Positions 8,406-17,845 of a DNA stretch of 27,019 nucleotides are shown here, one piece after another. Numbering within the stretch: the stretch's first letter is position 1; every line of letters starts with the position of its first letter. Source of the stretch: a virus. Its lineage: Duplodnaviria > Caudoviricetes. A program made the position numbers and the translations under genes. Location of the stretch: positions 1-27,019 of the IMG/VR virus record IMGVR_UViG_3300012667_000014. The stretch is one strand, 5' to 3'. A model generated the notes under the pieces. That model had not been told where the DNA came from. It ran no database searches and saw only the letters and a program-made list of their open reading frames with translations.

Positions 8406-10393
8406 TAGTTTTCTCCCACACTAGCTTTTAGGTTTGCAGCAATGATGACAACGTTCACAGGGTCTGTAATTGACACCTCAAACACTCGGTCACGGGCTTG
8501 ACCCAATCTGCGCCAAATAGCACGATTGCGATATTTACCCATCTTGCCAATGCTCACCCAATATTCTTTTGACCATGTAGAACCGCCGTCATTAGACCAG
8601 CGCAGCATTGCTTGCGGGTTGGTCGTTGTGACAGTGTTGTTCAAAGCGGCTTGTTGACCAATCACAAATGTTTGGAATGGGCCAATCGTAAAAGTGGCAT
8701 CAGGATAAATGATGTACGGTGAATTCAGATAAATGTCACCAGTAGGCTGAGACAAACCAGTTGTGCCAACGCCAGGCTGAAACTGAATCTGCAATTCGTC
8801 AAAGTATTGACGTTGGAAATCAGTTACAAAATGCGGTGCGCGGCGCAGTCTACGCACGTTTTGACCATTATCTGTATAGTTGTTTTTATCCAACTCATAG
8901 ATGCGCCCGTTCTCATAGTCACCTACAAGCACCATGCCTTGAAAGTTAGCACAGCAATTACCGCGATGACGCTGGTAAGAATTGTCGTTAGCCGTGTAAA
9001 GCCACTTGTGCCACATCTCAGTCGTGGAATCGTAAGCCCATGTAAGGTTCAGCGTTGGGAACGTGACCACATAGACCTCATGGCCTTCAAGCTGATATGT
9101 CCAAGCAATAGCATCATCAACATATTGGTTAGTCAGCGTGTTTTCAACTGCGTGTGTAGAAATACGTTTCGGCAGATAGCCGTTCATTTGCATGATTTGC
9201 GCTTGACCACGGTTATTTCGCGAAACGTAAGCAAACGAGTTGCCTAATCGAGCCAATGAGAAAGGCGCAGCAATACCGTGTTGGGTTGATGTGCCAGGGA
9301 TGCGCTGGAACGGGAATGGCACAGCTCCAACGTCAGTCCACACTTCCGAGGAAATCTCACCCAACAAATACACTTCACGGTGGTCAACAATCAAAGCCAC
9401 CAAATCGTCAGGAGCGCCATCTTTTAGCGAGTAGCTAGTCTGTGGCGATATTGGCGACAAAAGGTCAGTAGCGCCCCACTGTTGGGTTGTAGGGTTGTTG
9501 TAAACAATGTAGTTGTCCATTACGTCAACGGTGTTTGCACCGCTAAACGCGCCATCCGTAGAAGGCAAAACAGAGAAGTTAATGGCATACATTGTTACGC
9601 CAACAGCAACGGTACTTGCAACGCTTACCGTGTAAGTTCCGATGCCGCCAGTACCCGTACCCAACGCAGTCACCACAGTGTCTGCTGTAACGCCAACGCC
9701 CTGAATAGTCTGACCAAGGTAGATTGTTCCCGTGGCAACAGAAGCAACAGTCATTGTCGTGCCAGCAATCGTTGCCGTAAATGTTGCACCTGTCGCAGTT
9801 GAGTTCAAACTAGCAGCAGCAACAGTTTGCGACACGTTAATTGTGTATGTGCCTGTTCCACCAGTGCCAGTACCCAAAGCGGTAATGACAGTTTCGTCAG
9901 CAACGCCAACGCCATACAACGATTGGCCCACAGCAATAGTGCCGCTAGAAACGCTTGTTACCGTCAAGGTAGTGGTAGACACAGAACCAGTAAACACAGC
10001 GTTGGCAGGGCTAGAAATGCGCCATGTGTAGCGATAAGCACCGTCTACCAAGTAAACGTTCACGCCGTTATCGGTAATTCGCACCTGACCAGCAGATGAA
10101 TTCAGCACACCAATAACAGAAGGCACTAAGTCAGAAGTCAGCGCGTAAACATACGGGCCAGACACAACGACCATTTGTGAGCCACCAGAAACGGTGTGCA
10201 TCCCACGGACTTCTTGAGTATTAGGCAAAACTGCCTTCAAGGTAAGTCCAGGCGTAGGATAAAGAGCCACAACGCCGTTAGCGGGTGGCTGCTTTAGCGG
10301 GTCAATCTCAGGAAAGAAATTGATGCACTCTTGAGCATCTTGATAAATGCTCGGTGCTTCGTATGAGGGGCCGACAAATCCAAAATCAGGCAT
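8405..10393 (-). CDS. Tail hub / DNA stabilization protein (P22 gp10-like)
   Basis: CINFFPE...LYPTPGL N-terminus, [48 protein letters not shown] motifs. Confidence 0.85.
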   Translation of the reverse strand: MPDFGFVGPSYEAPSIYQDAQECINFFPEIDPLKQPPANGVVALYPTPGLTLKAVLPNTQEVRGMHTVSGGSQMVVVSGPYVYALTSDLVPSVIGVLNSSAGQVRITDNGVNVYLVDGAYRYTWRISSPANAVFTGSVSTTTLTVTSVSSGTIAVGQSLYGVGVADETVITALGTGTGGTGTYTINVSQTVAAASLNSTATGATFTATIAGTTMTVASVATGTIYLGQTIQGVGVTADTVVTALGTGTGGIGTYTVSVASTVAVGVTMYAINFSVLPSTDGAFSGANTVDVMDNYIVYNNPTTQQWGATDLLSPISPQTSYSLKDGAPDDLVALIVDHREVYLLGEISSEVWTDVGAVPFPFQRIPGTSTQHGIAAPFSLARLGNSFAYVSRNNRGQAQIMQMNGYLPKRISTHAVENTLTNQYVDDAIAWTYQLEGHEVYVVTFPTLNLTWAYDSTTEMWHKWLYTANDNSYQRHRGNCCANFQGMVLVGDYENGRIYELDKNNYTDNGQNVRRLRRAPHFVTDFQRQYFDELQIQFQPGVGTTGLSQPTGDIYLNSPYIIYPDATFTIGPFQTFVIGQQAALNNTVTTTNPQAMLRWSNDGGSTWSKEYWVSIGKMGKYRNRAIWRRLGQARDRVFEVSITDPVNVVIIAANLKASVGEN
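9584..10000 (-). repeat. Tandem duplication of a ~70-aa beta-rich domain inside the gp10-like protein
   Basis: aa 132-198 [60 protein letters not shown] vs aa 203-270 [60 protein letters not shown]. Confidence 0.9.
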
Positions 10394-10395
10394 TT

Positions 10396-10968
10396 TTATT
10401 CTTTCTGAACGTACGATTTTCCAGCAAGAAGCGTTTTGATTGATGGCAAGCTGATTTCGTAGTCAATAGCAAGTTGCCTTGCAGAAACCCCATTCCGTCT
10501 TTTTTCACGAATCTCTGTTGCTTGTTCCATTGTAAGTTTGCAACGTGGCCCTTTGCCACCAGAAAAGTCTGGCGAACGACCTTTTGCAGCTTTATCAGCC
10601 ATGTTGTCAGCATGAGTTCCAACAAACAAATGACTTGGATTGCAACAGCATGGATTGTCGCACTTATGCAACAAAAATCCAGTTTCTTCTGTACTTGCTG
10701 GCGCACGCCATTCAATGACATTTGGAAATGCCAAAGAATATATAACTCTATGCGCGTAGTAAGAATAGTCATTTATTTGAACTCTGCCGTATCCATTTTT
10801 TAACAAACCTTTCCAAGGCCAACATTCATTTTCACTACGTTTATCAACTTTGCTCCACAAAACCTCAGGTGTATTTGCTGGCCTTCCAGCTTTTCCAAAC
10901 ACAAAACCTTCTTTTTTCTTTTTGTGATATTCGCGTTGATAATGTCTTTGCTTTTCGAGTTTGTCCAT
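10396..10968 (-). mobile_element. Free-standing HNH homing endonuclease
   Basis: CWPWKG...GYG...YAHRVIY...LHKCDNPCCCNPSHLFVGTHADNMAD HNH core plus C-terminal HTH (KLTMEQATEIR...[10 protein letters not shown]). Start reassigned to ATG 10968, preceded by AAGGAG. Confidence 0.9.
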
Positions 10969-10995
10969 GACTGCTCCTTTTAAAAGAGCAATCAT
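10967..10995 (-). promoter_or_regulatory. Hairpin sequestering the SD and start codon of the HNH gene
   Basis: Minus strand AUGAUUGCUC-UUUUAAAAG-GAGCAGUCAU(G): 10-bp stem with one U.G pair whose 3' arm includes GAG of the SD and AU of the AUG. Confidence 0.75.
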
Positions 10996-11010
10996 AACAT
11001 AAAACCATAC

Positions 11011-11994
11011 TTAGATGAAACCCCCGCTAAGTATCCAACCAGCATCCTTACTGCGCCCTGTAAGCAACGCATCAGGGTAGCGAGCGACTTGAAGCGGCGA
11101 CATATTTGTGCGCTTCAGCGTTGCTTTTGATTGCGCTGCAAACTGGGTAATCATTGCAATCTGTGTTTGAGATGCTTTGCCATACATAGGCATCAAACGC
11201 TCGGCAAGACACCAACGCAAAGCCATGTTGTAGCCTTGTGGTAAGACGACCTCTTCATACAAGCTGCCGTAGCGCGTAAACAAAGTGTTAGCAAACAAGT
11301 GCATCTCACCCTGTGAAGGGTTAGGCCACACAAACAAATTTCCAGAATCAGCGTTAGGGTTGTAGTAAACCGCTTTAGGCCAAGGACCATTCAGGGTTTT
11401 CAAACCAATCATTTGATAGTCAGACAAAGCCAACACAGCAACTGGGTAATCCAAACCACCGCCTTGAATTGGCTCACCGTTTGACGTAGTGTTCACGCGA
11501 ACAAATGCCGAATCAATGTTCAAAGGCTTTTGGTAGTTGGCTGTAATCGTTGTCGCAGCCACATTTTGTGGGATGCTAACGCGATAAGTACCAGCTTCAA
11601 TGACGTTACCACCACCGCCTGTGATACCCAAAGTGATTGTTGTGCCAGGCAAGATGCCGCCACCACTCAGCGTTTGACCTTGAGCCACAGCGCCTGAGTT
11701 GACGCTAGTGACAGTCAGAATGTCGCCAGAAATCGAGCCTTCAAAAGAAGCGCCAATAAAGTTGGTGGTTTGCGGAAATGGGCCTAGGCTGTATTGAACT
11801 TGACCTGAAATCACAGGAAAAATGATTTCGGTGACGTTGAACACCATCATGTTTTCGTTTGACCACTGGTCAATCATGTCGTTCAACATATCAAACGCGT
11901 CTTGTGCTGCGTCTGGTGTTGGCGTTTCGCCCGCCTCCAATGCACCGATATCTTTCAATGCTCGGCTAATGATATCAATCGGCTTTGTGGTCAT
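11011..11994 (-). CDS. Head-to-tail adaptor (P22 gp4-like) with inserted beta domain
   Basis: DIISRALKDIGALEAGETP...DAFDMLNDMIDQW N-terminus and LPQGYNMALRWCLAERLMPMYG C-terminus; directly upstream of the gp10-like gene. Confidence 0.8.
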   Translation of the reverse strand: MTTKPIDIISRALKDIGALEAGETPTPDAAQDAFDMLNDMIDQWSNENMMVFNVTEIIFPVISGQVQYSLGPFPQTTNFIGASFEGSISGDILTVTSVNSGAVAQGQTLSGGGILPGTTITLGITGGGGNVIEAGTYRVSIPQNVAATTITANYQKPLNIDSAFVRVNTTSNGEPIQGGGLDYPVAVLALSDYQMIGLKTLNGPWPKAVYYNPNADSGNLFVWPNPSQGEMHLFANTLFTRYGSLYEEVVLPQGYNMALRWCLAERLMPMYGKASQTQIAMITQFAAQSKATLKRTNMSPLQVARYPDALLTGRSKDAGWILSGGFI

Positions 11995-12002
11995 GTTTTA
12001 CC

Positions 12003-12311
12003 TTACAGGTCTGGTGTGAAGGTCTGCGGCAACCAAGGGGCTGGCACAGGCTTCTTTGACAGCGTTTCTAGCTGTTCTGCTAGGCGTGATTTTATGACAT
12101 TCTTACCGTCTACAACAGAAGAATCTTCAATCCACTTAGCAATCATTTCTTCTGTCACTTCAGCAAAAGGCACATCACCCGCTTCTGGAAAAGACCAATA
12201 GCCTTCTGTTTCAACGGTGTTGTCGCCTTCAGTTGCAGCGCAGAAATATTTAGCCGATGTGATTGCTTCACCATCGGCGTAAATGTCTAGAATTTTCCAG
12301 ACGTAGTTCAT
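12003..12311 (-). CDS. Hypothetical protein, possible fibre assembly factor
   Basis: 102-aa acidic ORF with PFAEVTEEMIAKW and PAPW; downstream of the fibre genes. Confidence 0.55.
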   Translation of the reverse strand: MNYVWKILDIYADGEAITSAKYFCAATEGDNTVETEGYWSFPEAGDVPFAEVTEEMIAKWIEDSSVVDGKNVIKSRLAEQLETLSKKPVPAPWLPQTFTPDL

Positions 12312-12520
12312 GCCGCCGCCTGTTGCAATGGGGTCAAGTCTTCCGTAGTCCAGAAGTCTTTAGCTAGCATGATGTTCAGATGCTCTTTGTTACGAGCCAC
12401 TGTGTCAGCCCATTCAGCGTCTTCCATGCCTTCAGGTTGACCTGCGTTGATGAGGTTAACTGAGTCCATGCAAGCTGCGTAGTGCTTGGCGATTTGTTCT
12501 TGGGTTGTTAGTTCGTTCAT
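12308..12520 (-). CDS. Hypothetical protein, possible fibre chaperone
   Basis: 70-aa acidic helical ORF with AAGGA SD; directly follows the S74 fibre gene. Confidence 0.6.
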   Translation of the reverse strand: MNELTTQEQIAKHYAACMDSVNLINAGQPEGMEDAEWADTVARNKEHLNIMLAKDFWTTEDLTPLQQAAA

Positions 12521-12531
12521 GATTAGTTTCC

Positions 12532-13908
12532 TTAAGGGTGGGTTGCTTTGTATGCGTCAAACTCTGCTTTGAGTTCTTGGATGGCTGCTGTCAATGTGGC
12601 AACCAAGAAGCTGGTGTCAATGCTTTGATATTGAGCGTTACCTTCTTCATCAACAGCGTCTTTTTCACCTGTTACAGCTTGAGGACAGACTTCAGCTAAT
12701 TCGTGAGCAATAAAGCCTTCACCGATTTCATCAGGGGCTAATTTCCATGTATAAGTGCAAGGTTTCAACGCAGCAACACGAGCAAGCGCACCTGACAACG
12801 GCTGCACGTTTTCTTTCAGACGGTAATCAGAAGTTGTGTTGTACGCAATAGCTGTTGTACCGTTTTGCGTAATAGAACCAATTACGCCTGAGTTGTAATA
12901 CCAACTTGCGTACACAGATCCGCCTGCGGAGCCGCTTGCATGGCCAACAGCAAACGCGCCATTCCCCGCCGCGCTCCATGCAGGCTGATAGATAAAGCCA
13001 GATGCTATTGCTGAACCTGGTGTGACATTGCCAAGTCCAAAATTACCGTTACTGTCAATAACTTGCCGTGGATTCCCATCCCCATCAGACAGCACGATGT
13101 AGTTGTTTGCTGTGCGAATGTCTAAGCCGCCTTGGTTGCCGTCATAAGCACCAAGAATAGTGTTCTTAGAGCCTGTGGTAATTTGGCTTCCAGACTGATG
13201 GGCGCTTCCTGAACCGATAAAAGTATTACCTGCGCCAGTTGTAAGACTAGCTCCTGATACCCAACCAACACAGGTGTTGTAAGCTCCTGACATTCCTGAC
13301 GCACCAGAACCAGCAACATAACCTACAAATGTGTTTCCAGCGCCTGTGGAGTTATAACCTGCTTGATAACCCACAACAGTGTTTTGTGAGGCTGTGGTGT
13401 TGTTTGCAAGCGCCGCACTTCCCACAGCCACGTTGTTATTACCTGTAGTGTTTGAAGACATGGCAGACGGGACGGAGCCAGGACGATAGCCACCAACAGC
13501 CACGTTGTCTGTGCCTGTCGTGTTGTTATAAAGAACCTGTCCACCAATAGCGGTTAATCCTGCTCCAGTAGTGGTGCTATAAGCGGCTTGATAACCCAGA
13601 GCAGTATTTCCTGCGCCTGTTGTATTAGCAGACAAAGCACTAGCACCCACCGCAGTGTTGGTAGCTACTGCGCCAGCGCCTTTGCCGACTGTGAGACCAT
13701 TAATGGTCGTAGCAGTTGCAACGTTAATGTTTGGCGTAGTGAGCGACAAGCTAGAAGCCAGCATAGTGCTAGAAACAGTACCTGTGTCGCCAGTAGTAAC
13801 CATGGTTCCCGCAGTCGCAGGAACGTTAATGTTGAATGTCGATGCCGTGTTAGGGCCAACCAGATTAACCTGACCGCCTAAAGTTGCTTGAAATACTAAA
13901 TTGCCCAT
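12532..13908 (-). CDS. Fibre/spike protein with beta-roll repeats and C-terminal peptidase S74 intramolecular chaperone
   Basis: Repeated NTAVG..AL..NTTG (~14 aa) units; SDYRLKENV...GFIAHEL.EV.P.AV...L..AIQEL autocleavage chaperone signature. Confidence 0.85.
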   Translation of the reverse strand: MGNLVFQATLGGQVNLVGPNTASTFNINVPATAGTMVTTGDTGTVSSTMLASSLSLTTPNINVATATTINGLTVGKGAGAVATNTAVGASALSANTTGAGNTALGYQAAYSTTTGAGLTAIGGQVLYNNTTGTDNVAVGGYRPGSVPSAMSSNTTGNNNVAVGSAALANNTTASQNTVVGYQAGYNSTGAGNTFVGYVAGSGASGMSGAYNTCVGWVSGASLTTGAGNTFIGSGSAHQSGSQITTGSKNTILGAYDGNQGGLDIRTANNYIVLSDGDGNPRQVIDSNGNFGLGNVTPGSAIASGFIYQPAWSAAGNGAFAVGHASGSAGGSVYASWYYNSGVIGSITQNGTTAIAYNTTSDYRLKENVQPLSGALARVAALKPCTYTWKLAPDEIGEGFIAHELAEVCPQAVTGEKDAVDEEGNAQYQSIDTSFLVATLTAAIQELKAEFDAYKATHP

Positions 13909-13917
13909 GATTCTTCC

Positions 13918-16485
13918 TTATGGTGCGATGATTAACTGGCTGACCGTCAAAGCCCCCGTTGAAGGGTTGAATTTTAGCTTTGTTGATGATGTTTTTTCAG
14001 GCAAATTACCCGTGGTGCTTGTTACCCAAGTTGGATAAACAGTCGCATTAGTCGTTGTGTCGTCTGTAATTCCAACGTTTGTGGCATTAGTCGCTGACGT
14101 TGCGCTTGTCGCTGTGCTTGCGTTACCCGTTAAAGCGCCAACAAAAGTGGTTGATGTAACAGAAGTTAGGCCAGCAATAGTCGTTGCCGATGCCCCCAAG
14201 CTGATAGCCGTAGAGCCAACAGTAATGCTTGAGTTAGTCAACGCTGAATTAGGAATACTGGTCAAGCCAGCACCAGAACCGCTGAACTGAGTAGCCGTCA
14301 AAACGCCCGTAGATGGGTTAAATTGATACTTAGTGGAGCTAGTGTATTCAGTCGTTAAATTACCGCTTGTAGCGGCTGCAAACAGCGGATAGCGTGTGGC
14401 GTTTGTGGTCGTGTCGTCAGTTACGGTAGCGTAAGCCGTTGGAGTTGTCCAAGTAGGCGTTCCAGTGCCTTGTGAAGTCAAAACCTGACCGCTTGTTCCT
14501 GCTGCTGTGAATCCAGTAGCACCAACGCCTGATTGGTAAGGCACTGCTCCTGCAACGCCGCCAGCCAAGTTTGTAGCTGTACCAATTGAAATTGTGCTTG
14601 GAGCTACGTTTTTCCAACGAGATTGCCCACTGTCATAAGCCAACAAATCATTGTTTGTAGGGCTAACAATCTCAACGTCACCTTCATATTGACCGAGCTT
14701 GCCACCAAATGCAGGGCGAATAAACAATGAGCCAGTTGCACCAGCAGCAGCGTTTACAACAGCACAGACTTGAATCTTGGCATTTGGAGCGTCTGGAATT
14801 GTTTTGGTAAGACCGCCAGGTGTGGTTGGGTCATAGTACAAAATCTGCCCATCGACCCAAGCCTCTGCACCGCCTGTGGTGTTGATACCACGGACAAGAC
14901 CAAAGTAAGTGACGTATCCCCATTGATTATTGGCAATGTCTTCTGTGGCAACGCCCATCACATAAGAGGCAGTTTCGGCTGTTAATCCGCTTGCTGGAGC
15001 GCCTCTAAGTGCGCCAGAACCGCCAACAGTGCCAGTAAACATCACAACTTGGCCTTCTGTAATTGCAGAAGAAGCCCTGATGCGGTAATACATTTCTTCG
15101 CCAATTTGGAGCGTGGCATTAGAGCCTTCCATGCCCAAATTAAGCGTTTTATTACCGTCTGTGTTGTCCCACCACAAACGACCTGTTGCGCGGGTAACAG
15201 TTGCAGCCGTATCAAATTGGATGTAATCAGTTTCTAGCTGAGTAAGCCCAGAGATCGTGCCGCCTGTGATTGCAACGTTGTTGGCGTTTTGGGTTGACAT
15301 AGTGCCAAGCCCTGTGATCGCCGTGTTTGGAATGGTTGTGGATGCACTTACCGCGCTTGTGTCGTTGCCGTACAGATAACCAGTAAGACCAAGCGTTTTG
15401 AGCGTACCAAGGGCAGCAGAACCGCCTGTGATAGCCACGTTGCTTGCGTCTTGCGTTGACATTGTTCCCAAACCAGTAATGTCTGTGTTTGGAATTGTTG
15501 AAGACGCAGAAAAAGCAGATGTGCCGTTACCTTTGACGTAACCAGTTAGCGTTGTTGCGCCTGTGCCGCCATAGGAAACAGAGATTGTGCTTGCTTGCCA
15601 TGTGCCAGTTGAAACTGTGCCAACGCCAGTAATTCCTGTGTAAGAACCAGACAATCGAGCTGAATCAATCGTTCCCGATGTGATTTGCGTGCCAGCAATA
15701 GCAATGTCTTGATCTGTCAGGCTGGTCAATTGACCTTGAGCGTTGACAGTAGCCGTGACAGTCTTAGATGCAGAACCTTTGGTTGCTGCGGTCACGCCAG
15801 TGTTTGTGATGCTAAACGTATTTGCAGCAAGGCTCAAACCTGTGCCAGCATAATAAGTCGCAGAGCCTGAGAACTGAACCCAAGGCATTGCAGTAACGCC
15901 AATTGTTCCAGTATCAGAAGCCGTACAAACCCAACCAGTTTGGGCTTGGGCGCCATTCAAGATGACGGTGTAAGCGCCTGGCACTTCTGACCACACATCC
16001 ATGTCGGTGGCGCGTGTCCAAGCACTTGAATTAGCAATGTAAATGCCGTTTTCAGACGATGTGCTTTGATTCTTAACCAATACCCTGTCACCAGCCAATG
16101 TGGTGTAGGTGTCAATGGTCTGAAGCCCTGAAAGCGTGATGTTTGCTGTTGTCGAGCATTTCACAGCTTGCTTGGGGTTTAGCCCTTGAGCAATTGAATC
16201 AACATATAGCTTATTGGCAATGTCTGTGTTGCCAACAGGCGCAGTTGAAATTGTGCCTGTGGTAGTGCTTACGTTAGTAAACACACCAGTTGAAGGCGTA
16301 ACAGCCCCAATAGTCGTGCTATTGATTGTGCTATTGGTGATGTTCAACCCAGATTGGTCTGGATTCACAGTCGCATAAAACGGCTGCCCCTGACCAATGA
16401 AGGTTTGAAATTCACCGTCAACCGAAAAATATGCCTGAACAGGCAGTAAATTTTGGTTTTCGGATTCGGCGGGTTCAGCCATCAA
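13918..16485 (-). CDS. Large modular fibre protein (855 aa)
   Basis: Thr/Gly/Ser-rich; ANKLYVD, TTANITLSGLQTID..GDRVLVKNQ...ENGIY...WTRATD module, GGTGATT motif and internal repeats. Confidence 0.8.
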   Translation of the reverse strand: MMAEPAESENQNLLPVQAYFSVDGEFQTFIGQGQPFYATVNPDQSGLNITNSTINSTTIGAVTPSTGVFTNVSTTTGTISTAPVGNTDIANKLYVDSIAQGLNPKQAVKCSTTANITLSGLQTIDTYTTLAGDRVLVKNQSTSSENGIYIANSSAWTRATDMDVWSEVPGAYTVILNGAQAQTGWVCTASDTGTIGVTAMPWVQFSGSATYYAGTGLSLAANTFSITNTGVTAATKGSASKTVTATVNAQGQLTSLTDQDIAIAGTQITSGTIDSARLSGSYTGITGVGTVSTGTWQASTISVSYGGTGATTLTGYVKGNGTSAFSASSTIPNTDITGLGTMSTQDASNVAITGGSAALGTLKTLGLTGYLYGNDTSAVSASTTIPNTAITGLGTMSTQNANNVAITGGTISGLTQLETDYIQFDTAATVTRATGRLWWDNTDGNKTLNLGMEGSNATLQIGEEMYYRIRASSAITEGQVVMFTGTVGGSGALRGAPASGLTAETASYVMGVATEDIANNQWGYVTYFGLVRGINTTGGAEAWVDGQILYYDPTTPGGLTKTIPDAPNAKIQVCAVVNAAAGATGSLFIRPAFGGKLGQYEGDVEIVSPTNNDLLAYDSGQSRWKNVAPSTISIGTATNLAGGVAGAVPYQSGVGATGFTAAGTSGQVLTSQGTGTPTWTTPTAYATVTDDTTTNATRYPLFAAATSGNLTTEYTSSTKYQFNPSTGVLTATQFSGSGAGLTSIPNSALTNSSITVGSTAISLGASATTIAGLTSVTSTTFVGALTGNASTATSATSATNATNVGITDDTTTNATVYPTWVTSTTGNLPEKTSSTKLKFNPSTGALTVSQLIIAP

Positions 16486-16491
16486 ATCACC

Positions 16492-16827
16492 TTAGAAAGC
16501 GATTGGTGTAACGTAAACGATAGAAGGACCAGCAGCGGAACCAATCATTCGCACATAAGTGGGAGTAGTTGGAACGGCAAACATGATTGCATCATTCATT
16601 GAAGGTGGCAACACAAAGTCACCTGTGTTTGTACCGCTAACAGGCAGCACAGGAGCGCCGACACCAGTAGGGCCAAACTTCACAGCAACGCTTGTTGCGC
16701 CAGTGTTAATCAAGGAAACGAAGTTACATTGAATGTTTGGGTCGTTGTTGACCAAGCGTTCTGTCGTAGCGGTTGCGCCAGCAGAGACTGCCACTGTGGG
16801 TCCAACCACACGGAAAGGAGTAGACAT
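16492..16827 (-). CDS. Hypothetical beta-rich virion protein
   Basis: 111 aa with AAGGA SD, in the structural cluster. Confidence 0.6.
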   Translation of the reverse strand: MSTPFRVVGPTVAVSAGATATTERLVNNDPNIQCNFVSLINTGATSVAVKFGPTGVGAPVLPVSGTNTGDFVLPPSMNDAIMFAVPTTPTYVRMIGSAAGPSIVYVTPIAF

Positions 16828-16856
16828 AAATTTTCCTTTGCAAAGATGGGCTGATT

Positions 16857-17519
16857 TTACCTATTTCGCAGGTAATTTCCTAGATGCCCTTGAAAGATTT
16901 TATAGCCAATATGTCCCATGGCGATTTCAGGGTCAATCCACACCTGACCACCAATGTTGCGCCAGCGGATGCAGAAACTGTAATCTTCACCCCATTTGTA
17001 ACCGTCTTCAAACACATGGTCAAACAAAGGGTAGAACTGTTTGTCACGCTCTGAGGTGTAAAAATGACGTTCAGGGTATTCAGCAATCATGCGTTCAATG
17101 CAATTACGGCTGATTTTCATAAACCCTGTTGGCACTGACTTTACTTCCAAAAGCCCTGTTTCTGGGTCTGCCCACAGTTCTTTCTTGTCAAGGTAATGCA
17201 ATTGGTAATTGATCGGGTCACGGCGACCAGGGTAGATGCCAGCCACCAAATCAACAGGAGCGTCAACTAGCTTGAGCAAAGCGCCAGCCTGCCAAGTCAC
17301 ATCCGAATCTACAAAAATCAATTGGTCGCAGTCTGATTCCCAAAAGCGTGTGGCAATGATGCCTCGGCTGTCAGCAATTAGCGCATTACCAATGTCGTCA
17401 ACTAACGTGTAACGGTCGCCCCTTTTGACCAGTTCCAATGTATCGTTGAGCAAGGAACGCATTGTTCCCATGTGAACCGTTCCCGTGTAAGCAGGAATGG
17501 CAATCATTATGTGTTTCAT
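16857..17519 (-). CDS. GT-A fold glycosyltransferase-like protein
   Basis: IMIAIPAY beta strand, LIFVDSD (DxD), TGFMKISR, GEDYSFC and GHIG motifs typical of GT2-like enzymes. Confidence 0.75.
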   Translation of the reverse strand: MKHIMIAIPAYTGTVHMGTMRSLLNDTLELVKRGDRYTLVDDIGNALIADSRGIIATRFWESDCDQLIFVDSDVTWQAGALLKLVDAPVDLVAGIYPGRRDPINYQLHYLDKKELWADPETGLLEVKSVPTGFMKISRNCIERMIAEYPERHFYTSERDKQFYPLFDHVFEDGYKWGEDYSFCIRWRNIGGQVWIDPEIAMGHIGYKIFQGHLGNYLRNR

Positions 17520-17533
17520 TCTTTTTCCTTCTC

Positions 17534-17569
17534 AAAAAGAAACGCCACCCGATTTTACTCAGGTGGCGT
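17534..17569 (-). terminator. Rho-independent terminator after the coat and small capsid genes
   Basis: Minus strand ACGCCACCUGA-GUAAAA-UCGGGUGGCGU followed by UUCUUUUU. Confidence 0.8.
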
Positions 17570-17588
17570 AAAAGCAACTGCTTAAAAC

Positions 17589-17822
17589 TTAGGCTGTGAT
17601 GCCAATGTTTTGCAGAGCAGTGATGATAGCGTTGGTTGCTGCAACGAATTCAGCAGTTGATGGGCCTGCGGTCAATGCTGTGATTGCGCCTGCTTGAACA
17701 ACTGGAGTTTCGCCGTAAAAACCAACTTTACCGCCAGCCAAAGCAATGAGCGAGCCATCGGCTGCGCCACCATTGAGCAAATAAACTGGGGTTTGGGTTG
17801 ATGCTGGTCCTGGATTAGACAT
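17589..17822 (-). CDS. Small capsid-associated (decoration-like) protein
   Basis: 77 aa Ala/Gly-rich with KVGFYG.TPV.Q motif; AAGGA SD; lies between the coat gene and a terminator. Confidence 0.6.
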   Translation of the reverse strand: MSNPGPASTQTPVYLLNGGAADGSLIALAGGKVGFYGETPVVQAGAITALTAGPSTAEFVAATNAIITALQNIGITA

Positions 17823-17845
17823 GATATTTCCTTAAAAAGAGTTTT

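Noticed and set aside
10394-11010. Group I intron housing the HNH gene
   Set aside because: Both flanking genes are intact and the non-coding flanks are only about 40 nt and 2 nt, too short for an intron core.
12532-16485. Diversity-generating retroelement or invertible fibre cassette
   Set aside because: No reverse transcriptase or invertase in the window, and the repeats are diverged protein-level duplications rather than adenine-specific template/variable pairs.
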